Sequence record: SRR31156797_2215
Direction: 5' to 3' (one strand)
Length of the DNA: 31,049 nt
Below the pieces are notes generated by a model. The model ran no database searches, was not told the origin of the DNA, and saw only the letters and a list, made by a program, of their open reading frames with translations. Below, piece after piece: positions 1-9,266 of this stretch (the first letter of the stretch is position 1; each line of letters begins with the position of its first letter). A program made the translations under genes and the position numbers.

Positions 1-264
1 ATACAAAACAGCCCCCATGACCGCCATTTTTTTGCGTCCCACTTTATCCGAAATTTCTCCACCAATCCAGACGGTCAAGAATTTCCCTAATCCGGTCGCA
101 GTGATGGCCAACGATACCGCAGCGGCTCCTGCAGAAGCATCGGTATAGCCCCATTTATCCGAAAAATAAGTCGCATTTTGGCTTAAAATAATAGCTTGGA
201 TCCCATGAGTGAAATAACACATATAGACAGTTGCCAGTGACAAAATATACTTTTTTGCTCTCAT
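1..264 (-). CDS. MFS transporter, N-terminal part (runs off window start); probable quinate/shikimate-related permease
   Basis: Manual translation from ATG at 264 (RBS AAGGAG upstream): MRAKKYILSLATVYMCYFTHGIQAIILSQN...GGEISDKVGRKKMAVMGAVLY. Contains MFS motif A (GxxSDKxGRK) and lies downstream of the shikimate dehydrogenase. Confidence 0.85.
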   Translation of the reverse strand, partial: MRAKKYILSLATVYMCYFTHGIQAIILSQNATYFSDKWGYTDASAGAAAVSLAITATGLGKFLTVWIGGEISDKVGRKKMAVMGAVLY

Positions 265-293
265 TTGTACGCTCCTTATAAAAGAACATCCAG

Positions 294-334
294 CTTTCCT
301 ACGAAAATTTCCCTGATGGTATTTCGTAGGAAAG
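294..334. repeat. 13-bp perfect inverted repeat between shikimate dehydrogenase and MFS genes
   Basis: CTTTCCTACGAAA (294-306) / TTTCGTAGGAAAG (322-334); no immediate U-tract on the minus strand. Confidence 0.7.
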
Positions 335-351
335 GGATACTCGGTCCCTAG

Positions 352-1200
352 TTAGTTTGCTCTGACAGGCAGTTCCTTGCCAGTAAACAGTTTAAAGGCG
401 GCTTTTCCTTGTCCCACCAGCATTCCTTTTCCACCCACGGTCTTACAACCTTTTGCGCTGGCATCTTTCAATAACTGGGTCATTGGTGGGTTATAGATCG
501 CATCAGCCACCGTCAAATCTGCATGCAGTACCTCTGTGTCTGCAATCGGTGTCGCTGTATTTCCTTCACCCATTCCAACAGTCGTTGCATTCACTAAACA
601 ATCGGCTCCTTTTATTTTTTCAGCAAGTAACGCTTGATCCGTCAGATCATAAATATCAATTACTAGATCAGGGTAATATTCTTTAATGCGAGCAACGGTC
701 TCTTTGCCTTTTTCATAAAACGCATCTTTGATGTTGAATATCGCAATGGAGGCTGCGCCTTCGATCGCCAATTGGACTTGGATCGCGGTGGCAGCTCCAC
801 CAGCTCCGATCACAACAAATTTTTGATCTTTCATTTTTACATCGTGTGCTTGCAGATTATCAACAAAGCCGACACCATCGGTAATATGGCCGACGAGCTT
901 GCCTTCATCATTGACGATGGTATTGATCGCACCAACCATTTTTGCAGCCGGCGTCAATTCATCCATGTATTCTGCCGCTGCCGTTTTGCAAGGCATCGTG
1001 ACATTTCCACTCATTTTGAAGGTTCGAAATGCCTCGATCGCCTGGGCGACTTGGTCTTCTTTAATGTCAAAAGCTAAATAAACTGCATCGATATCAAGCT
1101 GGTCAAAGCCATAATTATACATGGCTGGCGAACCAGAATGCCCAACAGGTGTACCGATCAATCCTAAGAGCTTCGTTTTTCCCGAAATTTTTTCGCTCAT
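352..1200 (-). CDS. aroE: Shikimate/quinate dehydrogenase (AroE/YdiB family)
   Basis: Motifs GxPVGHSxSPAMYN, NVTMPCK (catalytic Lys), GAINT, GHITDG (catalytic Asp), GAGGAA Rossmann motif, NATTVGM, DAIYNP. Confidence 0.92.
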   Translation of the reverse strand: MSEKISGKTKLLGLIGTPVGHSGSPAMYNYGFDQLDIDAVYLAFDIKEDQVAQAIEAFRTFKMSGNVTMPCKTAAAEYMDELTPAAKMVGAINTIVNDEGKLVGHITDGVGFVDNLQAHDVKMKDQKFVVIGAGGAATAIQVQLAIEGAASIAIFNIKDAFYEKGKETVARIKEYYPDLVIDIYDLTDQALLAEKIKGADCLVNATTVGMGEGNTATPIADTEVLHADLTVADAIYNPPMTQLLKDASAKGCKTVGGKGMLVGQGKAAFKLFTGKELPVRAN

Positions 1201-1227
1201 CGTATTTCCTCTTTTCTATTTGATTTT

Positions 1228-2079
1228 TTACGCAAGCAATTCTGGCCATGCGTTTTGGATCACTTCAATACTGGTTTTGTAATTTTGCTCTGCTGCTTTT
1301 TGATAGCCTTGACTTAAAATCGGATCAGAAATCACTTCCGTGCCTACAACACGAGGCTTGATGCCGTGAGCTTTTAGTGCCCGTAAGAAGCCTTCGGTAT
1401 CACCCCATCCTGTTCCTGGACATAAGCGATCGTGCATCGACTCATCACGTAAGATCGTATCAGGATAACGTCTTTCTAAAACATCACAAATTTGGATCGA
1501 AACAACTTTCTCCGCTGGAACCCCTTCCAAGTCAGCTGCTGTCATGTTGGCTCTCGCCCAGTGCCAAGTATCTAGGATCAGCATCCCATTTTCACAATCT
1601 GCCTCTTTGACAATATTCCATGCACTAGCTAGATCAGGAACACCGCTATAAGGCATGAATTCTAACCCAATGACTAATTCTTTTGCTCGTGTACATAGTT
1701 CTTTAAAGGCTTGGATATGAACCTCTGCTGGGTATTTTTCCATCAAGCCACAATTGATGTGCCCAACACCAAACAAACGTGCCATATGATAGATCGTTTG
1801 CTCTTTAAATTGTTGCAGCAGTGTTTCCGGTGTTTCCATCGTTTTATTTGGATCAGCCCACAAGGTGATATATTCGACCTCGGTTACTTTCATGTCATGT
1901 TCTGCAAGAATTTCAAGCATCCGCTCATCCGAATAGCCTTGCTTCACAGCAAGCATATAGGTCTCCGCACGTAAACCGATCCCGTCGTATCCTGCCTCTT
2001 TCGCGATCTTCACTCTGTCTTCAAAATTAATCTCTGTCCCTAATGTGTAAGAACTAATCGTCAATGGAATGTTTCTCAT
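1228..2079 (-). CDS. Xylose-isomerase-like TIM-barrel protein; QuiC2-like 3-dehydroshikimate dehydratase (Listeria Lmo2234 type)
   Basis: Segments [27 protein letters not shown], [15 protein letters not shown], [26 protein letters not shown], HDRLxPG, EVISD match Lmo2234/QuiC2 as I recall it. Adjacent shikimate dehydrogenase, MFS and divergent LysR support this. Confidence 0.78.
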   Translation of the reverse strand: MRNIPLTISSYTLGTEINFEDRVKIAKEAGYDGIGLRAETYMLAVKQGYSDERMLEILAEHDMKVTEVEYITLWADPNKTMETPETLLQQFKEQTIYHMARLFGVGHINCGLMEKYPAEVHIQAFKELCTRAKELVIGLEFMPYSGVPDLASAWNIVKEADCENGMLILDTWHWARANMTAADLEGVPAEKVVSIQICDVLERRYPDTILRDESMHDRLCPGTGWGDTEGFLRALKAHGIKPRVVGTEVISDPILSQGYQKAAEQNYKTSIEVIQNAWPELLA

Positions 2080-2249
2080 GTTATTTCCCCCTTTAAAAGT
2101 CTGTAAACAACTACTACTTGGTTTACAGCTGGAAATAAAAACACGAACTAAAAAGCGGCCGCAGTAATTGTGTTTTTATTCACAATGTTTATTACCGTTA
2201 TTATAGCTTTTCCCTCTCCGTACTTCTAATTGTTTTTTCTTTATGGATC

Positions 2250-2266
2250 TATAGATAAAAGATATA
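2250..2266. promoter_or_regulatory. Candidate LysR recognition box (T-N11-A)
   Basis: TATAGATAAAAGATATA: dyad TATA-N9-TATA containing T(2252)-N11-A(2264), between the divergent lysR and catabolic genes. Confidence 0.5.
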
Positions 2267-2315
2267 AGTCTTGTGATATACTGATAAAAAAAGAAGGATT
2301 TTAGAGGAGGTTTCT

Positions 2316-3215
2316 ATGAATCTTCAGCATTTAAAATATTTTGATATCCTTGCTAGAGAAGAACACTATACACGTTCGAGTAAATTGCTCAACATCACAC
2401 AACCAAGTCTCAGTAATGCCATTTCACTTTTAGAAGATGAGCTAGGTGTACAACTCTTTGAAAAAAACGGACGAAATGTGATCCTAACCAAGCCTGGAAA
2501 AATTTTCCATGAACATGTTATACGAACGTTAGAAAACTTAGATTCGGGTATCGATACAGTAACAAAAATCAGCAAAGGCTTTGGGCATATCAGCTTTGCT
2601 TTTTTGCAAGTCCTCGGTACATCTTACGTACCAAAAATCACTAAACAATTTCTTGAAGCAAATCCTGAAAAAAAGATTCAATTTGAATTTCACTCAGATA
2701 GCGTCAGTACCGAAACAGTCCAAGGACTAAAAACCTTGCGCTATGATCTCGGTATTTGTTCCTACATCACCAATGAACCAACCATTGAATTCGTCCCGAT
2801 TGCAAGTCAAGAACTTGTCGTGATCACCGCGTTGGATCATCCTCTCGCACAATTTGATGAAGTCTCTTTGGACGACTTAGCAGAATATCCCCAGATTATT
2901 TTCAGCAAAAAAAGTGCCTTACGTGAAATCATCGATGACCTTTATCAGCGTAACAACGTCAGCTATCAAGTAGCCTACGAAGTCAAGATCGATCAAGTGA
3001 TCGCTGGACTAGTCAGTCAAGGATTGGGGATTGCTATCATTCCCAATATGACGATGCTTGACTCTTTGCCCCTTAAGCGAATCAAACTTAATGGCATCAG
3101 TTGGGAGCGATACTTTTATTTAGCCTACAATAAAGAGACTTACTTACCACCTGTAGTCAGCAATTTCAAAGAATTTATTTTGGCCCATGCAAATCCGAAA
3201 CAGATCGTTTATTGA
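2316..3215 (+). CDS. LysR-family transcriptional regulator (QuiR-like)
   Basis: N-terminal HTH (LNITQPSLSNAISLLEDELGVQLFEKNGRNVILT) plus LysR substrate-binding domain; RBS GAGGAGG; divergent from the catabolic operon. Confidence 0.93.
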   Translation: MNLQHLKYFDILAREEHYTRSSKLLNITQPSLSNAISLLEDELGVQLFEKNGRNVILTKPGKIFHEHVIRTLENLDSGIDTVTKISKGFGHISFAFLQVLGTSYVPKITKQFLEANPEKKIQFEFHSDSVSTETVQGLKTLRYDLGICSYITNEPTIEFVPIASQELVVITALDHPLAQFDEVSLDDLAEYPQIIFSKKSALREIIDDLYQRNNVSYQVAYEVKIDQVIAGLVSQGLGIAIIPNMTMLDSLPLKRIKLNGISWERYFYLAYNKETYLPPVVSNFKEFILAHANPKQIVY

Positions 3216-3294
3216 GTGACTGGGTGGGTGAAAAACAAAGCTTTAGAAAATAGGAATAAAACTATGTTCCCGCCTTTTTTTGGCATTTTCACTT

Positions 3295-3337
3295 AATAAA
3301 AAACAGACATTCATTAATGGAATGTCTGTTTTTTATT
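3295..3337. terminator. Bidirectional intrinsic terminator
   Basis: AATAAAAAACAGACATTC-loop-GAATGTCTGTTTTTTATT between convergent lysR and nuclease genes. Confidence 0.85.
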
Positions 3338-3359
3338 GCTTATTCTCTTGTTCTTTTTC

Positions 3360-3986
3360 TCATGACGAATAATTAAAAGAGCTATACTCACCGCACGTTT
3401 CGCAGATATAGTAATAATTGCGCTTCTTCTTATTGTAGAGTTTCAACTTCTTCCCATTTTTACAACTCTTGCATTCTTCTAATTCCGTCAAGGTTTTATA
3501 ATAAAACAACTCACTGATCATCTCTGGATAAAAATGTGCAAGAAGCTCAATCAGTTTTTTTCTATCAACCAACAGTAGATTATCACCGGCTATTTCTAAT
3601 GCTTGATCTGTAAAAAAATGTGTAGTGATGAAAAGCCCATTGGGAAACCCTTTGTCTGGAAAAATCCCTTTAAATGCGGCAACGAGTGGCTTACTGATCC
3701 GCTCCGTTGTTTTTTGCGGATTCCAGGCTTTACATTGGACCGCTATTGCCTTTTTATTATTAGAAAAAGCATACACATCAATACCATCATCTTTGTAACC
3801 ATCGATGTTTTGGACGGTATATCCCATCTTTTGTAAAATACATTCAGCAATATAATTCAAATCCTCTGATTTACAGGTTTCTAATTGAGCCACAATCTTT
3901 TTCAATTTTTTCGGGTATGTACGTTCATTATGGTTGCTTAGTTCTGGGAAATTAATGACTTCCTTCTTTTTCTTAAATGAAAACAT
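3360..3986 (-). CDS. Mrr-family (Mrr_cat) restriction endonuclease with C-terminal C4 zinc ribbon
   Basis: GY-x(9)-DDGID...AVQCK and GLFITTxxFTxxA...LVDRKKL motifs of Mrr_cat; C-terminal CKSC...CETC; RBS AAGGAAG; visibly AT-rich. Confidence 0.8.
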   Translation of the reverse strand: MFSFKKKKEVINFPELSNHNERTYPKKLKKIVAQLETCKSEDLNYIAECILQKMGYTVQNIDGYKDDGIDVYAFSNNKKAIAVQCKAWNPQKTTERISKPLVAAFKGIFPDKGFPNGLFITTHFFTDQALEIAGDNLLLVDRKKLIELLAHFYPEMISELFYYKTLTELEECKSCKNGKKLKLYNKKKRNYYYICETCGEYSSFNYSS

Positions 3987-4171
3987 GTCTCTTCCTTTCT
4001 TGATTGTTTTGGATGTGATTCGTTAAAGCATAGCTAGTGAGTGGTCTTTAATTATGTAGAATAGAAACTGGTTCTTAAAGAGAGAACTATCTACTTTTCT
4101 CAATAAAAATCGTGTGAACTCGATAAAATAAGTCAAAAATAAGAAACTTATAACGGAATATTATTAATTTA

Positions 4172-4200
4172 ATGATAATTTTATTCAAGATAAATGTCAA
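4172..4200 (-). promoter_or_regulatory. Sigma-A promoter for the Mrr-like gene
   Basis: TTGACA (4200-4195), 17-nt spacer, TATCAT (4177-4172); implies a leader of about 180 nt. Confidence 0.6.
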
Positions 4201-4404
4201 TTGAAGTTTGAATATTCAATAATAATCGATGATTAAATCAAACCACTCTTGATCATTGCTCCATTTCGAAAATTACTAGATAGGATTCGTTACAGTGCTA
4301 ATTTCCACATTCTTGCCTACAGATTTATTGAGTCCTTTTACTTTGTTTGTAACAGATTCTGAATGGTTTCTTTCGGTTTAGCAGTTGAGTGTCTATTACC
4401 TATA

Positions 4405-4440
4405 AAAACAAAAAAGGTTTCCCTCGTAAAAGGGAAACCT
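4405..4440 (-). terminator. rpmE2 intrinsic terminator
   Basis: Minus strand AGGTTTCCCT-TTTACG-AGGGAAACCT followed by TTTT. Confidence 0.85.
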
Positions 4441-4478
4441 CAGAAATGTTATCGAAACAACATTTACATTTATTTGTC

Positions 4479-4742
4479 TTATTCTGCAGCGTTGTTGTCT
4501 TTGAGACCGTATTTTTTGTTGAAACGGTCCACACGTCCGTCTGCTTGTGTGAATTTTTGACGTCCAGTGTAGAATGGATGTGAATCAGAAGTTACTTCGA
4601 CACGGATCAATGGATACGTGTTGCCGTCTTCCCACTCAACAGTTTCTTGAGAATTCTTTGTAGAACCTGATAAGAATTTGAAACCAGTAGTTGAGTCCAT
4701 GAATACAACTGGATGATAATCTGGATGGATATCTTGTTTCAT
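4479..4742 (-). CDS. rpmE2: 50S ribosomal protein L31 type B
   Basis: [16 protein letters not shown]...[28 protein letters not shown]; no Zn-binding cysteines. Confidence 0.98.
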   Translation of the reverse strand: MKQDIHPDYHPVVFMDSTTGFKFLSGSTKNSQETVEWEDGNTYPLIRVEVTSDSHPFYTGRQKFTQADGRVDRFNKKYGLKDNNAAE

Positions 4743-4751
4743 TTCTTCTTC

Positions 4752-4790
4752 TCTCCTTTGCCCTGGCTCATTTGCTTCACCAGAGTTGAT
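4752..4790 (-). ncRNA. Probable L31 ribosomal-protein leader hairpin (L31-Firmicutes type)
   Basis: Minus strand AACUCUGG...CCAGGGC-AAAGGAG hairpin abutting the rpmE SD; candidate promoter TTGCAT (4840-4835) and TG-n-TAAGAT (4821-4813) just upstream. Confidence 0.55.
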
Positions 4791-4841
4791 TTGTCGATTT
4801 TACAACATGACTATCTTACCATGTTTGGATTTTAGATGCAA

Positions 4842-6137
4842 TTATCTTTTTATATTTCTTTTTGGCCGCTTGTCTCCGAAATGGACATCATGAAAAGCCG
4901 CTAAAAACTCTTCATTCTTTTTCGTTTTGCGCAAGAATTGAATGAATTGTTCTGTGAACTCCAAGGAATCCCCCAACATGTTGTTGCGTAAGCGCCAAGT
5001 TTCTTCCAATTGTTCACTGCTCATCAGCAATTCTTCTTTACGGGTACCAGATTTCTTGATGTCGATCGCTGGGAAGACCCGGCGTTCTGCGAGGCTGCGA
5101 GAAAGCTGCAGCTCCATATTGCCGGTTCCTTTAAACTCTTCATAGATGACATCATCCATGCGGCTGCCGGTATCTACCAAAGCTGTGGCAAGGATCGTCA
5201 AACTACCGCCTTCTTCAATATTGCGGGCAGCGCCAAAGAATTTCTTCGGTTTGTACAAAGCAGCTGGATCGATCCCGCCGCTTAGTGTACGTCCGCTTGG
5301 AGGAACGACTAAGTTATAAGCTCTCGCCAAACGAGTGATACTATCCATCAAAATCACGACATCACGCTTGTCTTCCACCAAGCGCATCGCCCGTTCTAGT
5401 ACCAATTCTGAAACACGGGTATGATTGCTAGGCTGTAGGTCAAAGGTTGAAGAAACCACGTCACCCTTGACACTACGTTCTAGATCAGTTACTTCTTCTG
5501 GACGCTCGTCGATCAAAAGTACGATCAATTCCACCTCAGGATAGTTGTCCGTAATCCCATTGGCAATTTCTTTCAATATACTGGTTTTCCCAGCTTTAGG
5601 CGGGGCAACGATCAGTCCCCGTTGACCAAAACCCACTGGCGCCAGCATATCGATCATCCGAGTCGAAAGACGTCCTGACGTTGTTTCTAATTTTAAATGA
5701 CGGTTCGGATAAAGGGGCGTCAGCGCTGGAAAATGCGGACGCTCTTTGGCATCTTCTGGATCTTTGCCGTTAACAGACTCAACGTGCATCAATCCATAAT
5801 AGCGTTCAGATTCCTTAGGCGGGCGCGCCTTACCGGCGACTTTATCGCCATTACGCAAACTAAACCGACGAATCTGTGAAGAAGAAATATAGATATCTTC
5901 TGCACTCGGTCCATAGTTGATTGGACGTAAAAAACCATAGCCTTCTTGGCCTACGATATCCAAGATTCCTTCCATATAAAAGAAGCCTTGTTTTTCCGCC
6001 TGCGCCCGTATCACAGCCAATGACAATTCTTTTTTATTCATTTGGCTGTAATAAGGAATTCGAAACTCTTTGGCAAAGGTGTAGATCTCTTTTAAGGTTT
6101 TGTTTTCCAACTCTGCCATCGTAAGATAATCGCTCAT
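4842..6137 (-). CDS. rho: Transcription termination factor Rho
   Basis: GYGFLR, GQRGLIVAPPKAGKT, LIDERPEEVTD, DSITRLARAYN, EEFKGTGNME. Confidence 0.98.
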   Translation of the reverse strand: MSDYLTMAELENKTLKEIYTFAKEFRIPYYSQMNKKELSLAVIRAQAEKQGFFYMEGILDIVGQEGYGFLRPINYGPSAEDIYISSSQIRRFSLRNGDKVAGKARPPKESERYYGLMHVESVNGKDPEDAKERPHFPALTPLYPNRHLKLETTSGRLSTRMIDMLAPVGFGQRGLIVAPPKAGKTSILKEIANGITDNYPEVELIVLLIDERPEEVTDLERSVKGDVVSSTFDLQPSNHTRVSELVLERAMRLVEDKRDVVILMDSITRLARAYNLVVPPSGRTLSGGIDPAALYKPKKFFGAARNIEEGGSLTILATALVDTGSRMDDVIYEEFKGTGNMELQLSRSLAERRVFPAIDIKKSGTRKEELLMSSEQLEETWRLRNNMLGDSLEFTEQFIQFLRKTKKNEEFLAAFHDVHFGDKRPKRNIKR

Positions 6138-6139
6138 AA

Positions 6140-7399
6140 TTACTCCTCTATCATTTGAATATCAGCTCCAAGAGCCGTTAGTTTTTCGATGATATGATCA
6201 TAGCCGCGCAAAATGTACTCGACATTAAAGACGCTAGTCGTGCCAGTCGCCATCAATCCGGCAATAACTAGACAAGCCCCTGCCCGCAAATCAGAAGCGA
6301 CAACTTCTGCTCCGTGCAATTGGCTCGGTCCGCTGACAAAAATCATGTTGCCTTCTGTCGTTGCTTGTGCGCCCATCCGTGCTAATTCAGGAATATGGTT
6401 GACCCGTTTGGCGTAAATCGTGTCCATAATCTCCGATGTTCCCTTTGCTTTTAGCAATAATGGTGTGATCGGCTGTTGCAGGTCTGTGGCAAATCCCGGA
6501 TAAGGATAAGTTTTCACAGTCGCTGGTTTCAACTCTTTTGAGGGATGCACATAGATTTCATCTTCGCTAATATCCATTCGCACACCGATTTCTTCCAATT
6601 TCGCAATGTAGCTTTCTAGATGCTCATAAATCACATTTTTGACTGTAATGCCTTCACCCGCTGCTGCGGCTAAAGAAAGATAGGTTCCTGCTTCGATTCG
6701 GTCTGGAATAATAGAATGACGACAACCGTGCAGTTCTTCCACACCTTCGATACGAATTTCATTGGTACCTGCACCTCTGATTTTCGCTCCCATATTATTT
6801 AAAAGGGTCGCGACATCAATGATCTCAGGTTCCCGTGCAGCATTTTCAATGATCGTTTTGCCTTTGGCTCTTACTGCTGCCAGCATTACATTGATTGTTG
6901 CTCCGATAGAGACCATATCTAAGAAAATCCGTTCGCCAGTCAAGCCTTCTTCTTCGGTACGCAAATACATGGCGCCATGCTCGTTGGTGACTTTTGCGCC
7001 AAGTGCTTCGAAGCCTTTGATATGCAAATCGATTGGTCGCGGGCCTAAGAAACAGCCGCCAGGCAACCCAACGACGCCTTCACCAAACTTCGCCAATAAT
7101 GCCCCCATGAAATAATACGAAGCCCGTAGACTATTGATTTTTCCGTTAGGCATCGGGATCGAAACGATATTGGTTGGATCGATCTCTAGCGTATTGTTTT
7201 CAAAATGGGTCTTCACGCCCATGATTTCGATAATCTCAATTAATGAGTGCACATCTTGGATGTCGGGCACTCCTTCTAAAATGACCGGTGAATCAGCTAA
7301 GATCGCTGCCGGGATCAATGCGACTGCACTGTTTTTTGCGCCGCTAATGGTGACTTCACCTTTTAAGGGACGATTGCCGTTGATGACAATTTTTTTCAT
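6140..7399 (-). CDS. murAB: UDP-N-acetylglucosamine 1-carboxyvinyltransferase 2 (MurAB/MurZ)
   Basis: [51 protein letters not shown]; fba-murAB-rho-rpmE gene order typical of Bacilli. Confidence 0.95.
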   Translation of the reverse strand: MKKIVINGNRPLKGEVTISGAKNSAVALIPAAILADSPVILEGVPDIQDVHSLIEIIEIMGVKTHFENNTLEIDPTNIVSIPMPNGKINSLRASYYFMGALLAKFGEGVVGLPGGCFLGPRPIDLHIKGFEALGAKVTNEHGAMYLRTEEEGLTGERIFLDMVSIGATINVMLAAVRAKGKTIIENAAREPEIIDVATLLNNMGAKIRGAGTNEIRIEGVEELHGCRHSIIPDRIEAGTYLSLAAAAGEGITVKNVIYEHLESYIAKLEEIGVRMDISEDEIYVHPSKELKPATVKTYPYPGFATDLQQPITPLLLKAKGTSEIMDTIYAKRVNHIPELARMGAQATTEGNMIFVSGPSQLHGAEVVASDLRAGACLVIAGLMATGTTSVFNVEYILRGYDHIIEKLTALGADIQMIEE

Positions 7400-7521
7400 T
7401 GAATTCCACCTATACTCTTTTTTAATTTATGTGTATCATTCCAATTTTAGCACAGATTACACAAAGAAAAAAGATGCAGTATATTTTTGATCCCCGCATC
7501 AAGAATATTTTCTTAGAAAAC

Positions 7522-7557
7522 AAAAAAACTCTTAGAATCAGTGATTCTAAGAGTTTT
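7522..7557 (-). terminator. fba intrinsic terminator
   Basis: AAAACTCTTAGAATCA/TGATTCTAAGAGTTTT inverted repeat with a T-tract on the minus strand. Confidence 0.85.
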
Positions 7558-7572
7558 GATCTTTGATTAAGA

Positions 7573-8442
7573 TTAAGCTTTACCAGCTGAACCGAACCAG
7601 TCGATGTGTTCTTCTGCATCTTTAACGATTGCAGCAACACCTGGTGCTAATAATTTACGAGGGTCGAATCCTTTGCCTTCTTTATCTTTGCCAGCTTCGA
7701 TGTATTCACGAGTTGCTTTAGCAAATGATAATTGGAATTCAGTATTTACGTTTACTTTAGAAACACCCATTGAGATTGCTTTTTCGATTTGGTCTTGAGG
7801 AATACCAGAACCACCGTGTAATACTAATGGTACATCAGAACCTACTGCATCAGCGATTGCTTGTAAGTGGTCAAAAGCAAGGCCTTTCCAGTTTTCAGGG
7901 TATTGACCGTGAATGTTACCAATTCCGCAAGCTAGGTAATCAATACCAGTTGCAACCATTTGTTTACATTCTTCGATGTCAGCTAATTCGCCAGAACCGA
8001 TGATTCCATCTTCTTCTCCGCCGATTGAACCAACTTCACACTCAACAGAAACGCCTTTTGCGTGTGCTTTTTCGACAACTTCTTTAGCCAATTTCAAGTT
8101 TTCTTCAAATGGTAAGTGAGAGCCATCAAACATAACAGAAGTGTAACCAACTTCGATACATTCCATTGCTGCATCGTAATCACCATGGTCTAAGTGGATT
8201 GCAACTGGAACAGTGATGTTCATTGAATCAACCAAGTTTGTAACGATGTCTTTAGCAACTTTGTATCCGCCCATATATTTGGCAGCACCCATTGAAGTTT
8301 GGATTAGAACTGGCGCTTTTTTCGCTTCAGCAGCTTTTAAAATCGCTTGTGTCCATTCTAAGTTGTTTGTGTTGAATCCGCCGACTGCATATCCGCCTTG
8401 ACGAGCAGCTTTTAAGAATTCAGCTCCTGATACTACTGGCAT
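7573..8442 (-). CDS. fba: Class II fructose-1,6-bisphosphate aldolase
   Basis: HLDHG, SVMFDGS, GNIHG, LVLHGGSG, KVNVNTE, FDPRK. Confidence 0.97.
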   Translation of the reverse strand: MPVVSGAEFLKAARQGGYAVGGFNTNNLEWTQAILKAAEAKKAPVLIQTSMGAAKYMGGYKVAKDIVTNLVDSMNITVPVAIHLDHGDYDAAMECIEVGYTSVMFDGSHLPFEENLKLAKEVVEKAHAKGVSVECEVGSIGGEEDGIIGSGELADIEECKQMVATGIDYLACGIGNIHGQYPENWKGLAFDHLQAIADAVGSDVPLVLHGGSGIPQDQIEKAISMGVSKVNVNTEFQLSFAKATREYIEAGKDKEGKGFDPRKLLAPGVAAIVKDAEEHIDWFGSAGKA

Positions 8443-8504
8443 AAAAAATTCCTCCTAAGTTTTGAAAAACTTTATTTGTTAAGCAATGCTTAACCGACAA
8501 TGCT

Positions 8505-8533
8505 ATTTTAGCAAAGATTTGCGGTATTTGCTA
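8505..8533 (-). promoter_or_regulatory. fba promoter
   Basis: TAGCAA (8533-8528), 17-nt spacer, extended -10 TG-c-TAAAAT (8513-8505). Confidence 0.55.
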
Positions 8534-8810
8534 CTAAAAAGAGGAATTTCTCTTTTCAAAAAAAGATTGCACAAATATAAAAATCCAGCATTTTCATCAT
8601 CTTTTCTGAAAGTCTACGATTCTGTAAGGTTTTTCTCTTCTGTCTGCGGTCGTTAGATAACAAATCGGCATGTGAAAATTCGAGAAAAATTTCACATATT
8701 TTTTCGTCATTTTATCATAATCTTCCAGTAAATCCTTCCTTCTTCTCCTCTGAGCATAAGAATAGCCTTGTGAAAGCGGCTATATTATTATGTAAAAAAG
8801 GAGGGATAAA

Positions 8811-9266
8811 ATGAAAAAAGCGCTTATTGGATTTTTGGCAGTCATCGGGGTTCTTTTCTTGGCAAGTTGCAGCTCGGGGGCCAAAGAAGAAACCAAAACA
8901 TTCACAATGGATCAAAATGGGGTTTCGATGGAACTGGTCTTCACTTATGAAGGCGATAAAGTAAAAACCCAGACTGCGAACAATGTCATGCCGTATTCAG
9001 CGATTGGGGTAACGACCAAAGAAGAAGCACAGACGGTACTTGATCCGATCGCAGAGCAGTATCAGCAAGTCAAAGGATTGGACTATTCCCTCGACTATAC
9101 AGATAGTGAAGCGACTGAATCCTTGACCATCAATTATGATGAGTTGGATTATGATTCAGCGAAACAATTGCCTGGGGTTAGTTTCGAAGGAAACACCGAA
9201 AATGGGATCAGCATGGAACGTACAGAGGAAATGCTCTTGGATCAAGGGTATAAGCTAAAAGAATAA
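8811..9266 (+). CDS. Lipoprotein, YehR/DUF1307-like
   Basis: Signal peptide with lipobox LASC; FTYEGDKVKTQT...GVSF...ISMERTEEMLLDQGY pattern of DUF1307; RBS AGGAGG. Confidence 0.8.
   Translation: MKKALIGFLAVIGVLFLASCSSGAKEETKTFTMDQNGVSMELVFTYEGDKVKTQTANNVMPYSAIGVTTKEEAQTVLDPIAEQYQQVKGLDYSLDYTDSEATESLTINYDELDYDSAKQLPGVSFEGNTENGISMERTEEMLLDQGYKLKE

Noticed and set aside
4171-4188. Fur-box-like AATGATAATTTTATTCA at the nuclease promoter
   Set aside because: Only one half-site matches, and it coincides with the -10 box in AT-rich DNA.
4363-4583. Short + strand ORFs beside rpmE2
   Set aside because: They overlap rpmE2 antisense and its terminator.
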